Shown in pieces: positions 18,321-28,438 of a stretch of 64,000 nucleotides of DNA (positions are counted from its first letter, which is position 1; each line of letters starts with the position of its first letter). Both the position numbers and the translations under genes were made by a program. The stretch comes from Naegleria gruberi. Taxonomy: Eukaryota. A model generated the notes under the pieces. The model did not search any database. It worked only from the letters and a program-made list of their open reading frames with translations, and had not been told where the DNA came from. The stretch lies in NCBI GenBank assembly GCA_000004985.1, contig GG738890.1, one strand, 5' to 3'.

Positions 18321-20378
18321 ATGCTCAACAATGTTCATCATGTCGATCATCAAATATTGAACGAAATGGATGACTACTTTTCAAGAAGGAACAAACTCTT
18401 TGATCAATTCAAAGAAAAACGAAGAAGAGAATTGGGAAATAAAATCGGGAAGGAAATTACCATCACAATAGATAAAGATGTAGTGAAGGGGAAAGCCTTT
18501 GAAACGAGCCCATACAAAATAGCATCCGATCTTTCCAATGATCAATCTATGGATCATCTTATTGCCAAGATTAATGGTAAATTATGGGACATGAATAGAG
18601 AGTTGGAAGGAGATGGTCGATTGGAATTTTGTTCTGATTGGAATGATTTGGAGGTGAGGAGAGTTTTCAAGCGTAGTTCTGCATTTGTGTTGGGAGCAGC
18701 TGTGGAACAAGTATTCAAATGTTTGGTCAGTGGTGGAGCTGTACTTGAGGATGATTATGGCAAGGGAGGTTTCTTTTATGAGAATTTTATGGATGAAGTA
18801 GTTAGAAATAGCTCTATAAATGATCATTCGAAAATCAAGAAAGAAATAGAGAAGATCATTGAAGAAAAACACCCATTCGAAAGATTAATTGTGAGGAAAT
18901 ATGAAGCTCTTGAATTATTTGCAGGAAACAAATTCAAAATTGAGCTCTTGAATGAAAAGTTTAAAGATGACGATTTCCTTTGCGTTTATCGTTGTGGATG
19001 CTTCATAGATACCTCTGTCGGCCCACATTTGTTGCACACTGGACAAATAGCATCTTTTGAAATTATATCAAATACTCGATTTCTATCTGATACAAAGAGG
19101 GAAATTTTACGGTTTTATGGAATTTCGTTTCCAACTGTTCAATTAAAGGAAGAATGGAAAATAATGACCCAAAAACTCAAACTTTGTGACCACAAAAAGG
19201 TTGGAAAGGATCAAGAGCTGTGGTTCTTTCATCCACATGCCCCTGGAATGGTTTCACTCCTTCCTCACGGCAAGAGAATATGCAATTCTGTTCAATCTCA
19301 ATTACGAGAAGCTTATTGGAGGTATGGATTTGCAGAGGTTCAAAGCCCCATTGTTTTGAATAAGGATCTGTGGTATTATCAATCAGGTAGTAGGAATCAG
19401 TGGTGGCAACAATACAATTTCGCTCTGGAAATTGATAAGGAGTACTATATACTCAAACCATACAACAAACCTATTCACTGTATTATGTATCGGAACAAAT
19501 CCAGATCTTATAGAGATCTACCAATTAGATATGTAGAATTTGGCTCAGTATTTCCGGATAACATCAAACCTTTTAGGCTGAATGGCAGGTTGAGAAGTTT
19601 CCAAAAAGATGAGTCAACCATTTTTTGCCAGTCAGACCAAACCAAAAAGGAAGTATTGAATTGTCTTCAAATGATGGGAAGTGTATATAACAAATTTGGA
19701 TTTGAATTCAAGATTGTATTTTCCACAAAACCTGTTAGTTTTTATGGTGACAATCTGGAATGGATCAAGTTGGAAGGTATATTGGAAACTGCCCTAAAAT
19801 CATTGGGTCATGAATGGGAAAGAGACGAAGGAGGGGCTCCTTCTCTCGGTCCAAGAATTGAGTTTTATGTTTCAGATAATTTGAAGAGGTTTATTTACCT
19901 TTGTGGAATAATTCAAATGGACTTAATGACACCACGTTTTTTCAATTTGACTTATACCAGTTCAGACAATTCTGCAGAATCAAAACCCATCTGCATCAGC
20001 AGTACCATCTTGAATAACACTGAAACTTTCATGGCTTTATCTGCTGAACGTTATGGTGGAAAGTGGCCTTTTTGGCTTTCTCCTAGACAAGCTATCATCA
20101 TTCCAATTTGTGAAAAGTGTAGTGAATATGCTAACAATGTTAAAGATAGAATTCATCAGGCTGGATACTATGTGGACGTGGATATGAGCTTTCATACGAT
20201 AGAAAAAAAGATTAGGAATGCTCATTTAGCTCAGTATAATTATATTTTAATAATTGGCGTCAGTGAGATGGAAACTGATTGCGTGAATGTAAGAATAAGA
20301 GATGGCGAACAAGAAGGAGTTAAATCTATTCAAGAATTATTGGAAGAATTCGAAGTTAAAATTAGGGAATTTAAATAA
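18321..20378 (+). CDS. Threonyl-tRNA synthetase-like protein with degenerate catalytic and editing sites
   Basis: TGS domain ('ITITIDKDVVKGKAFETSPYKIASDLS...IAKINGKLWDMNRELE'), class-II core ('YRDLPIRYVEFGSVFPDN...LNGRLRSFQKDESTIFCQ') and ThrRS anticodon-binding domain ('PFWLSPRQAIIIPI...'). Zinc/active-site residues are substituted: MNCPGH becomes YNKPIH, FGSCHRNE becomes FGSVFPDN, HRAILGS becomes MALSAER. The editing motif HSxAH becomes RSSAF. The ORF-track start at 18264 is a TTG. The ATG at 18321 has aaaataaaaATG context. Confidence 0.7.
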   Translation: MLNNVHHVDHQILNEMDDYFSRRNKLFDQFKEKRRRELGNKIGKEITITIDKDVVKGKAFETSPYKIASDLSNDQSMDHLIAKINGKLWDMNRELEGDGRLEFCSDWNDLEVRRVFKRSSAFVLGAAVEQVFKCLVSGGAVLEDDYGKGGFFYENFMDEVVRNSSINDHSKIKKEIEKIIEEKHPFERLIVRKYEALELFAGNKFKIELLNEKFKDDDFLCVYRCGCFIDTSVGPHLLHTGQIASFEIISNTRFLSDTKREILRFYGISFPTVQLKEEWKIMTQKLKLCDHKKVGKDQELWFFHPHAPGMVSLLPHGKRICNSVQSQLREAYWRYGFAEVQSPIVLNKDLWYYQSGSRNQWWQQYNFALEIDKEYYILKPYNKPIHCIMYRNKSRSYRDLPIRYVEFGSVFPDNIKPFRLNGRLRSFQKDESTIFCQSDQTKKEVLNCLQMMGSVYNKFGFEFKIVFSTKPVSFYGDNLEWIKLEGILETALKSLGHEWERDEGGAPSLGPRIEFYVSDNLKRFIYLCGIIQMDLMTPRFFNLTYTSSDNSAESKPICISSTILNNTETFMALSAERYGGKWPFWLSPRQAIIIPICEKCSEYANNVKDRIHQAGYYVDVDMSFHTIEKKIRNAHLAQYNYILIIGVSEMETDCVNVRIRDGEQEGVKSIQELLEEFEVKIREFK

Positions 20379-20398
20379 CTCTCACAGAAAGCTATTAC

Positions 20399-21649
20399 TT
20401 ATTGAAAAGAATGAAAATCTTGATAACATGCACTAGATTCAAGAATTTCTACTTGGTTAATCACTTGATCAATTGCTCCCTTGAGTGGTTGTGACTTTTC
20501 CACGAAAAGGGCAAAGTTTTTAACTGACTGATTACTGTCATTCCTATAATATTCAATCCATGCCCTTAATTTACCATTCAAAATTCCCAAATGATCAAAA
20601 GACGTAAATGGTCTTCCCCAGAATTGACAAACAATTTCATCAACGTTGAATGGTATCAAGTACTCTTCTGGAAGTTTCTTTGATTTTCTTAAATACTCAA
20701 CCAAAAAGTCATTCAAAAGTTTGATGATAATTTTGTAACAAGTTGCCATATTACCATCAACAATCTTCCACCAATTTTCTGACTGATCTAATATGGAATC
20801 ACTTGGTCGAATGGCCATTTCCAATGCTTGTTTCAACTCCTTACTCGATTCGAGCTCACTAAAAGCACTTCCAAACCATTTCGAATAAGGATAATATTTT
20901 CTTTCCAATAAGAAACACAAACACATCATTTCCCTAACTATTTTCCCAACCAGAACAAAACATCCAAGTCTATCTCCCACAACTCCACATCTTCCAACAA
21001 ATGGAGCTTCCTGTGAAATTTTGGAAAGTTGTATCATTATTTGATAAATCCAAACAATATCTGGATAGTAATTTCCAATTAACTCTCTAATAGGTTTCAG
21101 AATTCCACAATCATGATAGATTCTTCCAGCTTGTCCAATCGCCAATAATTTTTGCTGAGGAATTGACAACCAATACGTGTAATCCCCATTCAAAATTTCT
21201 ATCAACCATTTCGAATAACTAGTTCCATCATTATTCGTTCGTTTGAGAAGATAATTTGAAAAGTAATCTTCAATAGTTGTAATCTGAATCAGTAAATCTC
21301 CCAAATTATCATCAGATGAAGTTCTTGAATTGGGATCTTCTTGATATCTCATCCGACATGGAATTCCTTCAAAAATTGAAGGAACCTTCTCATCTAATTC
21401 CATCTTGATTTTATCTGAAAATTCTTCATACTCATCGGTAAGGAATAAAATAACTCTCGGAGCAAAATCATGATCTCTGCTCATCTCTGTATCAAATCCC
21501 AACACTTCACTACCATAACCAATTAAGGCAGCTGAATGATTTTCATTGAAATTGCCAAAATCACTCTTGTAGAGAATATTAGTAACGATTTGATGATAAA
21601 ATCTCTCGCATAAATCCAAACCTTTCATGGAGCGAACGTTTTCAGACAT
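20399..21649 (-). CDS. Hypothetical protein with Pol-beta-superfamily nucleotidyltransferase-like motif
   Basis: 'GYGSEVLGFDTEMSRDHDF' fits hG[GS]x9-13DhD. Two in-frame ATGs (21664, 21649). The second has aaaaaaATGtct context and is preferred. Confidence 0.4.
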   Translation of the reverse strand: MSENVRSMKGLDLCERFYHQIVTNILYKSDFGNFNENHSAALIGYGSEVLGFDTEMSRDHDFAPRVILFLTDEYEEFSDKIKMELDEKVPSIFEGIPCRMRYQEDPNSRTSSDDNLGDLLIQITTIEDYFSNYLLKRTNNDGTSYSKWLIEILNGDYTYWLSIPQQKLLAIGQAGRIYHDCGILKPIRELIGNYYPDIVWIYQIMIQLSKISQEAPFVGRCGVVGDRLGCFVLVGKIVREMMCLCFLLERKYYPYSKWFGSAFSELESSKELKQALEMAIRPSDSILDQSENWWKIVDGNMATCYKIIIKLLNDFLVEYLRKSKKLPEEYLIPFNVDEIVCQFWGRPFTSFDHLGILNGKLRAWIEYYRNDSNQSVKNFALFVEKSQPLKGAIDQVINQVEILESSACYQDFHSFQ

Positions 21650-21909
21650 TTTTTTAAATTGCATTTTACAATGAAACAGTTTTCAATTCTAGATTTTAAC
21701 TTGATATCACATTGTGATGAGACAAATTTCAAAGATCAAATTCAATATTAAATAACCCATGCATAAGATCGAAACCTGGCTTTGCTAGACATTTTTTTAG
21801 AAATGGTACAAAATGCATGTGTTTATTTCAATTCCAACTTAATGTTGTTAGAATAACTGTTTATGAAGATCGATAGATCTGTCAAATGTTTGGAGTTTTG
21901 AACTGTTCT

Positions 21910-23173
21910 TTAATAAACAGCTTCTCCAGCATAAACTTGATTCTCAATTCCACCCTCTCCTTGAGCAATTTTGAAATATCCAGACATTCCCCAATTTGGA
22001 CCCCATGAATTGGCAGCTAACCAATAATTAGAACCTCCCTCAACTCCAAATCCAATTAAGGCAACAGCATGTCCACCAAGAACTGTGTTTTCAATGTGTT
22101 TATAGACACCAGACTTGTAACTATAGAAAAACAAAATTAGAATATTTGAAAAACTATAATTCAACTCACCCTGTAAGATCCCTGTAGACTGTGAAACCAG
22201 CTTGTACGCTGCCATATGTCATGATTGCAGTCTTGATATTATTGATACCTGAAATATAAACAGTATTTTTGGCCTTATACTTGCTCATGGACATGGAAGC
22301 AATCTTGCATTGAGTTGGACAAGTTCCAGAGGAGAAGGTTCCTCTTCCACTAGCATATGGAATACAACTGTCAAGTGGTGTTCCAGTATTTTCCAAAAAT
22401 GTCCAAGAATATTTCAAATAACCTCCTTGACAGGCCTTATTCATTGTATCGCATTGAACTTGATATTCTGGTGAGAGGACAACATTGGTTTGACCATTGG
22501 TGGCAATGCACAATCTATGAGCCAATACATAATTTGCAGCTATTAGTTTTAAAAATTACCAAAAAGGAAATTTAAAATGTTGAAATTATAAAAAGTAGAG
22601 AAATTAATAAATGAAATTGTAAAACTTAAAAAACTTACAGAAAGCCCAACAAGCACCACATGTTTGTTGATCTCTAATTGCTGGAACGCATCCTTTCCAT
22701 TGAGTTCTTGCATCGAAATTCATTGGAATATCAATTCTTGTTTCAATATTTGCCATTCTTGGAGTGTCTTCATCAGAGCTCATCAATGAAAGACCAAATA
22801 GATTATCTCTAAGTTGTGAAATGGTCATATTATCAAATCTAGAGTATTCAGTTGCCTTCCATCCATGAGTATGATTGGAATTAATTCTATCAATCAAAGA
22901 TTTGTCATTGACAGGAGTGTTGGCATGAGTGTGATTAGCAATTGGATGAGTTGGATGAACAGGATGAGTGCTATTGTGCTTTGGTGGCATTGGTTTCTTA
23001 TTGTTTCCTTTGGAAAGTTCAATTGGAGTGACCATTGTCAACATGAAGGTGAATAATACGAAACAGACAATGCAACTGAGAACAAGGAATGTATTAGAAG
23101 ACTTTCTTCTAGTAGTAGCAAATGATTTGTTTGAATTGTTATTCATTTTGTTTTTTGTTATTGATTCAAACAT
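21910..23173 (-). CDS. Cathepsin B-like papain-family cysteine protease, 3 exons
   Basis: Exon 1 is 23173..22639 and carries '[10 protein letters not shown]' (catalytic Cys). Intron 22540..22638 (99 nt, GTAAGT...CTAATAG). Exon 2 is 22539..22170 and carries '...[13 protein letters not shown]...'. Intron 22121..22169 (49 nt, GTGAGT...TCTATAG). Exon 3 is 22120..21910 and carries '[11 protein letters not shown]...[15 protein letters not shown]' (catalytic His/Asn). Joined 1116 nt = 372 codons. The N-terminus has a hydrophobic stretch [20 protein letters not shown] (signal anchor). An alternative start ATG at 23146 has acaaaATG context. Confidence 0.8.
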
Positions 23174-23802
23174 TCACACTTTGCATTCCACTATTTATTC
23201 GAAACCTAAAAGACCGCAAGAGATAATGAAAATAATAATGAAAATACCCCTCATTACCCAAGAGCAGGTATTATTGTTCCTAATGGGAATGGTTTTCTCT
23301 TAAACTTGTTGTTGGAAACTCTTCAAGTTGCGAAGAGATAATGTTTCGTCCCAAATTGTTCATCAGATAACATTCCAATAAAGAAAACCATTTTCCAAAT
23401 GACAAGATTCAGATAACAAATCATTACAAATCAACAATATTCAATATAATGTTGTTAAAAAACAACTTACAATGCATCTGTGTTATCCACATTTTTTGAA
23501 AATGCAAAAAATCGAATACCAAAAAGCTTCATTTCTAGAAGAGGAAAGTGACAAATTTGTATTGTGGATTTGTTGTCCAATAGCATCCAATTTTTTTTTT
23601 ATTAATTGAGAATAGCCGATTGAGTATCTTATCTAATGAAATTGTAAGGGAAAATCAATGAAGGAGAATATGCACCAACTTGATTCAATCTCTTTAATTT
23701 AATCTTGATTTTATCTAAATTGCAAACTCTCAATGATATTTTCAAATTGTTCCAAGGTTCAGTAATTAATATAGGATTTATTAGAATGAATTCCATTACT
23801 AT

Positions 23803-24441
23803 TTATTGTTGTCCTGAAACAGCTTTCCATGCAGGTCTTGTTGAAATCTTTTCCCACCAAGCTTTAACAAGTGGACGATCCAACAATAAATTACCCAATC
23901 CAATAGCGAACAACAAGTTTCCATATGGTAAGTGATACAAATCGGCTAAGGTGAATTGATTTCCACCAATGAATTCTTGTTTAGCCAACACTCTTTCATA
24001 GGCATCCAAATTGAGTGCTAACTTTTCACTCAATTGTTTGACACGAGTTTCATCTGCAGCTCCATATCCCATCATGCCCTTAAATAACTTTTCGAAAACT
24101 AAACCAGAGGCATTTGAATCAAAGTAAGCAGTCTCAATGGAAGCACCTTGTTCGAATAGACCCAAAGCTTTGAGCTCGGTTGGAATGAGTTCAGTTCCTT
24201 GGCTCTTATGTTTGGCTTCCAAGTAACGACAGATGGCACGAGATTCATAGATCAAGAAACCATCATCTTCCAAGACTGGAATGACACCAAATGGATGTTT
24301 TTCCAAGTAGGATGGTGACTTGTGTTCGCCCTTCATTAAATCAACAGGAACAAGCTCATATTCCAAACCTTTCTCCTTAATTGTGGTCAAAACACGTTGA
24401 ACACAAGTAGATTGAGCAGCACCATAAATTTTGTAGACCAT
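23803..24441 (-). CDS. Glutathione S-transferase
   Basis: 212 aa. The N-terminal thioredoxin-like GST domain ('KIYGAAQSTCVQRVLTTIKEKGLEYELVPVDLMKGEHKSPSYLEKHPFGVIPVLEDDGFLIYESRAICRYL') is followed by an alpha-helical C-terminal domain. aacaaaATG start. Confidence 0.8.
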   Translation of the reverse strand: MVYKIYGAAQSTCVQRVLTTIKEKGLEYELVPVDLMKGEHKSPSYLEKHPFGVIPVLEDDGFLIYESRAICRYLEAKHKSQGTELIPTELKALGLFEQGASIETAYFDSNASGLVFEKLFKGMMGYGAADETRVKQLSEKLALNLDAYERVLAKQEFIGGNQFTLADLYHLPYGNLLFAIGLGNLLLDRPLVKAWWEKISTRPAWKAVSGQQ

Positions 24442-24690
24442 TTTGTTATTTGTTAATAGTATATAATACAGTTAAGTTGTTTTTTTGTGATTGAAAATGC
24501 ATAATCGTTAGTGTGCCATTTATGGTGGATTCTGTACCGAAACCAAAGCGCTGCCGTGAGCACTAATTATTGATCTGTGGAATTTGCGCAAGAAATGGTT
24601 GCCATTTCATCCTCTTGGAAACTTCACAATCTGTCATTAAGAGAATGATTTTATGTATTTCAAAGCATTGCAATTTCAGAAATTTCAGGT

Positions 24691-24726
24691 GAAGTGATTA
24701 ATATTTCACAATTTAAGAAAGAGAAT
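24691..24726 (+). promoter_or_regulatory. Conserved 36-nt block immediately upstream of 5S rRNA (copy 2)
   Basis: GAAGTGATTAATATTTCACAATTTAAGAAAGAGAAT. See copy 1 at 11440..11475. Confidence 0.35.
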
Positions 24727-24844
24727 GGCTACGGCCATATCACGATGAATGCACCTCATCCCGTCCGATTTGAGAAGTTAAGCATCGTCGAGCCACATCA
24801 GTACTGAGGTTGGAGACAACTTGGGAACCTGTGGTGCTGTAGTC
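24727..24844 (+). rRNA. rrn5: 5S ribosomal RNA (second copy)
   Basis: 118 nt identical to 11476..11593. Followed by TTTT. Confidence 0.85.
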
Positions 24845-25087
24845 TTTTACTTATCAATATTGCTTATTGGTCAATCGTCCAGTTGCTTCTCTCATTCTTT
24901 CCATTATTCCAAACAAAGTGTTAACCACTGATAAAACTGCTCCATCATCAATAATGATCAATTAAGATTTGCTACATGTTCAAAATAAATGACATTATTA
25001 TTTATTAAAATACCACAAACATTTTGCCATTCTTCACTCTAGAACAAACAGAATAAAAACAATGTTCCTTATGCAATTCTGAAAACC

Positions 25088-25275
25088 ATCTTTCTCGGCC
25101 AATTGGCTTTGATCGAGTGTAGTATCTGTTCTTTTCAGTTTAATAGCTGAAAGCAGCCCACGGGTTGCATTACTATTAACTCAATTTTTTGTAGGGATCA
25201 GGGTTTGAGCTTGATTGCTCACTTTGATTGGTTTCAATCAGACATTGCACAAACCGTCAGATTAGGAGCCACCCA
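25088..25275 (+). ncRNA. U2: U2 spliceosomal snRNA
   Basis: ATCTTTCTCGGCCAATTGGCTTTGATCGAGTGTAGTATCTGTTCTTTTCAGTTTAATAGCTGA... matches the conserved U2 5' region, including the branch-point-interacting GUAGUA. Sm site AATTTTTTG. 3' stem-loops end ...GGAGCCACCC. Length ~187 nt. Confidence 0.85.
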
Positions 25276-25621
25276 ACTCTTTTAATTAATTGAAAAATCA
25301 TTGAACAAAGACAATCTCAATCAGAGTAAAATTGAGCTTTTTACAAATTCCGAGCATGTATGATGACGAAGATATAGTAAGCATGCTGAGGGACTCAAAA
25401 CAGTCATTGATTGGTGTTGATATTGAACAATTTCTTGTCGACATTTGAATGCAGTTGGCAAGTGCGAAAAGGAAAATGAGAAGTGGAACGATTTCAAGAA
25501 TGAATTATTTGATTAATTGAAAGTAGAAACAATTAGGAAATTGATGTTGTTTTTTGTTCTCCTTCATAACATAACTATTGGGATTAGCAACACTTAAAAG
25601 CTATTGAGAGGATGCAAAAGT

Positions 25622-25694
25622 TGGGGTCTGTGAGGATCGAACTCACGACCTTAGGATTATGAGACCTACGCGCTACCGACTGCGCCAAGACCCC
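25622..25694 (-). tRNA. tRNA-Met (CAU), elongator-type
   Basis: GGGGTCT-TG-GCGC-AGTCGGTA-GCGC-G-TAGGT-CTCATAA-TCCTA-AGGTC-GTGAG-TTCGATC-CTCAC-AGACCCC-A. Anticodon CAT. T-loop TTCGATC. No initiator-specific A1-U72, A54 or A60. Confidence 0.85.
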
Positions 25695-25797
25695 GACACA
25701 TTATAAACCTTTTACAGTTTCTTCATTAACCTTAACTGAGTTCCTAGGTTTACCTAATAGGAACAGTTTTCTTTTGTTCATATTCAATTCGAAAAAA

Positions 25798-26943
25798 ATG
25801 TTACAACAAACAGAAGAAACAATTGATGAAAAATTAAGATCAAATACAACAACAAATTGGAAAGACATTCCACTGGAAGTGTGGACTCATCACATTTGGT
25901 CGTTTCTTCACCTTCCAGAACTTTTTTCCATTCGTCTAGTTTCTCACGAATGGAACGATTTTTTATTGCATCACGCAAGAGATTATTTGCTTCACGTTAA
26001 ATTAAATCGGATTCATATGCCTTCTTTTTTAATTTGTTGCAAACATTTGTATTTTAATAATATTGGAAAATTGGATATGAAATTTATAGAGTACGCTCTT
26101 GAGCCGAAACATCAAAAACCACTTGACGAAACTGAAAGAAAGGAAATTGCAGAAAGTTTTAATCCCTTAGAATATTTTCCAAATCTTTCCAGTTTGAAAC
26201 TAACTCTTACTGATGTGAAATCATTGGAAACTGTTTCTCCCCAAATTGCAAATATGAAATATCTCAATGATTTGGATATTAGATCAAATTTAATGACAAA
26301 CAAGTGTTTGAATACAATTCTAACACAACCTGTAACTTTAATGAGTTTAACTAGATTGGATGTTTCTGTGAATGTGTTGGGAACATCTTGTGTCGAATTT
26401 ATCAATTCAAATCCTCATCTCTCCAATCTGAAATATCTTAATATGAGTAATAATCAGTTGCTTTTATTCCATACTAAGGTTGAGAGTGTATTCAAAGACA
26501 CTTTGGAAGAGCTCTATGTCTCTGATTGCTCCCTCAATATAGAATCTATGAAGAATATTTTGGTGAGCTATCCAAAGTTGACTACATTGGATTTTAGTTT
26601 CAACAAGCTTGAAAAAATCAAAAATTTATATCAATCTATTCAATTAGAAAACGATACAGAAAAATACTGCAAACTTATTCGATTAAACATGTCAGGATCC
26701 AAATTAAGAAATGATCAATTGGAATATATTGCCAAGATTCCAATCTTTTCAGAATTGAGAATTCTAGATTTGAGTAGAAACAGAATCAACAAATTAGGAA
26801 CTGAAAAACTAGCTGACGAATCAATTAGTGTCTTGTCCAAAGTTGAATATCTGGATTTGAGTCGTTGTGGAATTGGAAAAGAAGGTGCACAAAATATTCG
26901 ACAAAGTTCAATATTTTCCTCTCTAAAATTATTAATTGAATAA
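25798..26943 (+). CDS. F-box/LRR protein (RNI-type leucine-rich repeats)
   Basis: F-box 'IPLEVWTHHIWSFLHLPELFSIRLVSHEWNDFL' followed by LRRs ('LTRLDVSVNVLGTSCVEFI', 'LRILDLSRNRINKLGTEKL', 'LDLSRCGIGKEGAQNI'). The ORF-track start at 25774 is a TTG. The ATG at 25798 has aaaaaaATG context. Confidence 0.6.
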   Translation: MLQQTEETIDEKLRSNTTTNWKDIPLEVWTHHIWSFLHLPELFSIRLVSHEWNDFLLHHARDYLLHVKLNRIHMPSFLICCKHLYFNNIGKLDMKFIEYALEPKHQKPLDETERKEIAESFNPLEYFPNLSSLKLTLTDVKSLETVSPQIANMKYLNDLDIRSNLMTNKCLNTILTQPVTLMSLTRLDVSVNVLGTSCVEFINSNPHLSNLKYLNMSNNQLLLFHTKVESVFKDTLEELYVSDCSLNIESMKNILVSYPKLTTLDFSFNKLEKIKNLYQSIQLENDTEKYCKLIRLNMSGSKLRNDQLEYIAKIPIFSELRILDLSRNRINKLGTEKLADESISVLSKVEYLDLSRCGIGKEGAQNIRQSSIFSSLKLLIE

Positions 26944-27043
26944 ACACTCATTATTCTAATACTTTGAAAAAGATGAATTTGATCAAGTGGGAGTTGTTAA
27001 CTTTTTGTAAACTGTCAATAACAAACAAGCAACGTTTAAAAAA

Positions 27044-28246
27044 ATGCAACAACAAGATGATATGGAACCCTTCGCTTCCGAACGTAAAGAAAAACTCCTC
27101 TCTGAATCACTCTACGATGTCGAACAATGGGCAAATGAATTAATTGATCCGAATACTCAAAAACGATTGACTCCGAGAACTTTCTTCTTGGATCTTTCCA
27201 TAGAGGAAGGTACTGCAATTTATCATACATTTCAGCAGTTTGTTCTTCATCATCGGAATAAATTTACTTCCACTGATGAGAAGGCTATGAAAAATTTGGA
27301 AGGAAGAATTGCTGATTTTCTGAAGGAACATTTTGATGGAAAGAGAGTGTTTTGTAGATTGTCAACGAGAAGTCCGAAAGATGCTAGTTTGTTCGAAGGT
27401 TCTCATTCGTATGAGGTAACTAAGGAAATTATGAGAAAGCAATGGATTAGGAATTTTTATTTGAATAGAAGGAAAACAATGAAAGAGGATCAATCCTTTG
27501 TTTATACGAATGAGGTTGAAGATTTTGAAAATTATGTAAAGAATGAAATGAAATACTATGAGGAGTATTTGATTTTTATGAAAGCATCTCAACAATCTCT
27601 ATCAGTTTCGAATGAAAAGGAAGTTTTGGATGTATTAACTCATTCTGAGAGAGTACTCAGAGATTTGGTGAGAGCATTGGATTTTCCATCAGTGTACAAT
27701 ATGAAGTTAATTTTTAGAGAGTGGTGTCCAGAGCTGTCTTACGAATATGAATTTAGAGGATTTATTCACGATTTTGAATTGATGGGTTTAACACAATACG
27801 ATAATTCATTCAAAATTGATGATTTGATTAATAATAAGGATGAAATTGCTCAATCAATATTGAATTACTACAATACCACTGTTAAGCCATTATTAATATC
27901 CAAATCCAATGACCCCAATTCTGCAATTTCAAAGTGGAATGGAAGAGTGATTATGGATTTTGCCATTCTACAACCAAGTAAGGAAGTTATCATTGTTGAA
28001 TGTAATCCATTCAATGATGGAACAGGCGCATCACTATTCGAGGTTGACAGATCCTTAATTGTTGAAAATTACTCAAAAACTAATCAATTAGATTTTAGAG
28101 TTGTAACAAATGAGTTGTACAATGAAATTCTCTCTCATGGCACTCATGTTTGGGAGAGTATCTTCTCCTCAACAAGAGAGCAAATATTGAAAGAAACCAA
28201 ACAACAAGCTCAACAACCATCCTCCTTCTTATGTAACATTTTATAA
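27044..28246 (+). CDS. cdc123: CDC123 (D123) family protein
   Basis: 400 aa. The 'KRVFCRLSTRSPKDA' motif and C-terminal '...VECNPFNDGTGASLFEVD' match the CDC123/D123 ATP-grasp-like family. aaaaaaATG start. Confidence 0.55.
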   Translation: MQQQDDMEPFASERKEKLLSESLYDVEQWANELIDPNTQKRLTPRTFFLDLSIEEGTAIYHTFQQFVLHHRNKFTSTDEKAMKNLEGRIADFLKEHFDGKRVFCRLSTRSPKDASLFEGSHSYEVTKEIMRKQWIRNFYLNRRKTMKEDQSFVYTNEVEDFENYVKNEMKYYEEYLIFMKASQQSLSVSNEKEVLDVLTHSERVLRDLVRALDFPSVYNMKLIFREWCPELSYEYEFRGFIHDFELMGLTQYDNSFKIDDLINNKDEIAQSILNYYNTTVKPLLISKSNDPNSAISKWNGRVIMDFAILQPSKEVIIVECNPFNDGTGASLFEVDRSLIVENYSKTNQLDFRVVTNELYNEILSHGTHVWESIFSSTREQILKETKQQAQQPSSFLCNIL

Positions 28247-28438
28247 ATTAGACTAAACGATTGTTACATTGACAGTTAAATAGTTTATTTTTCATTCTAA
28301 TTGGCTTTATCGAATAATAATTCATTTCTAACTGAATTACAAAACTGTTCAAAACAACCACTCAATCAATAAGTACTATTTTAGATCAATTTCGTTCAAT
28401 TTTAATTGACAGGAGGTTACATCAACTCAACCAAAAAA

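Noticed and set aside
24480-24690. Searched the spacer between GST and 5S copy 2 for U6/U4-like sequence (GTGCTCACGGCAGCGC on the minus strand resembles the U6 5' hairpin)
   Set aside because: There is no ACAGAGA box or AGCATGG downstream. The similarity is limited to about 12 nt.
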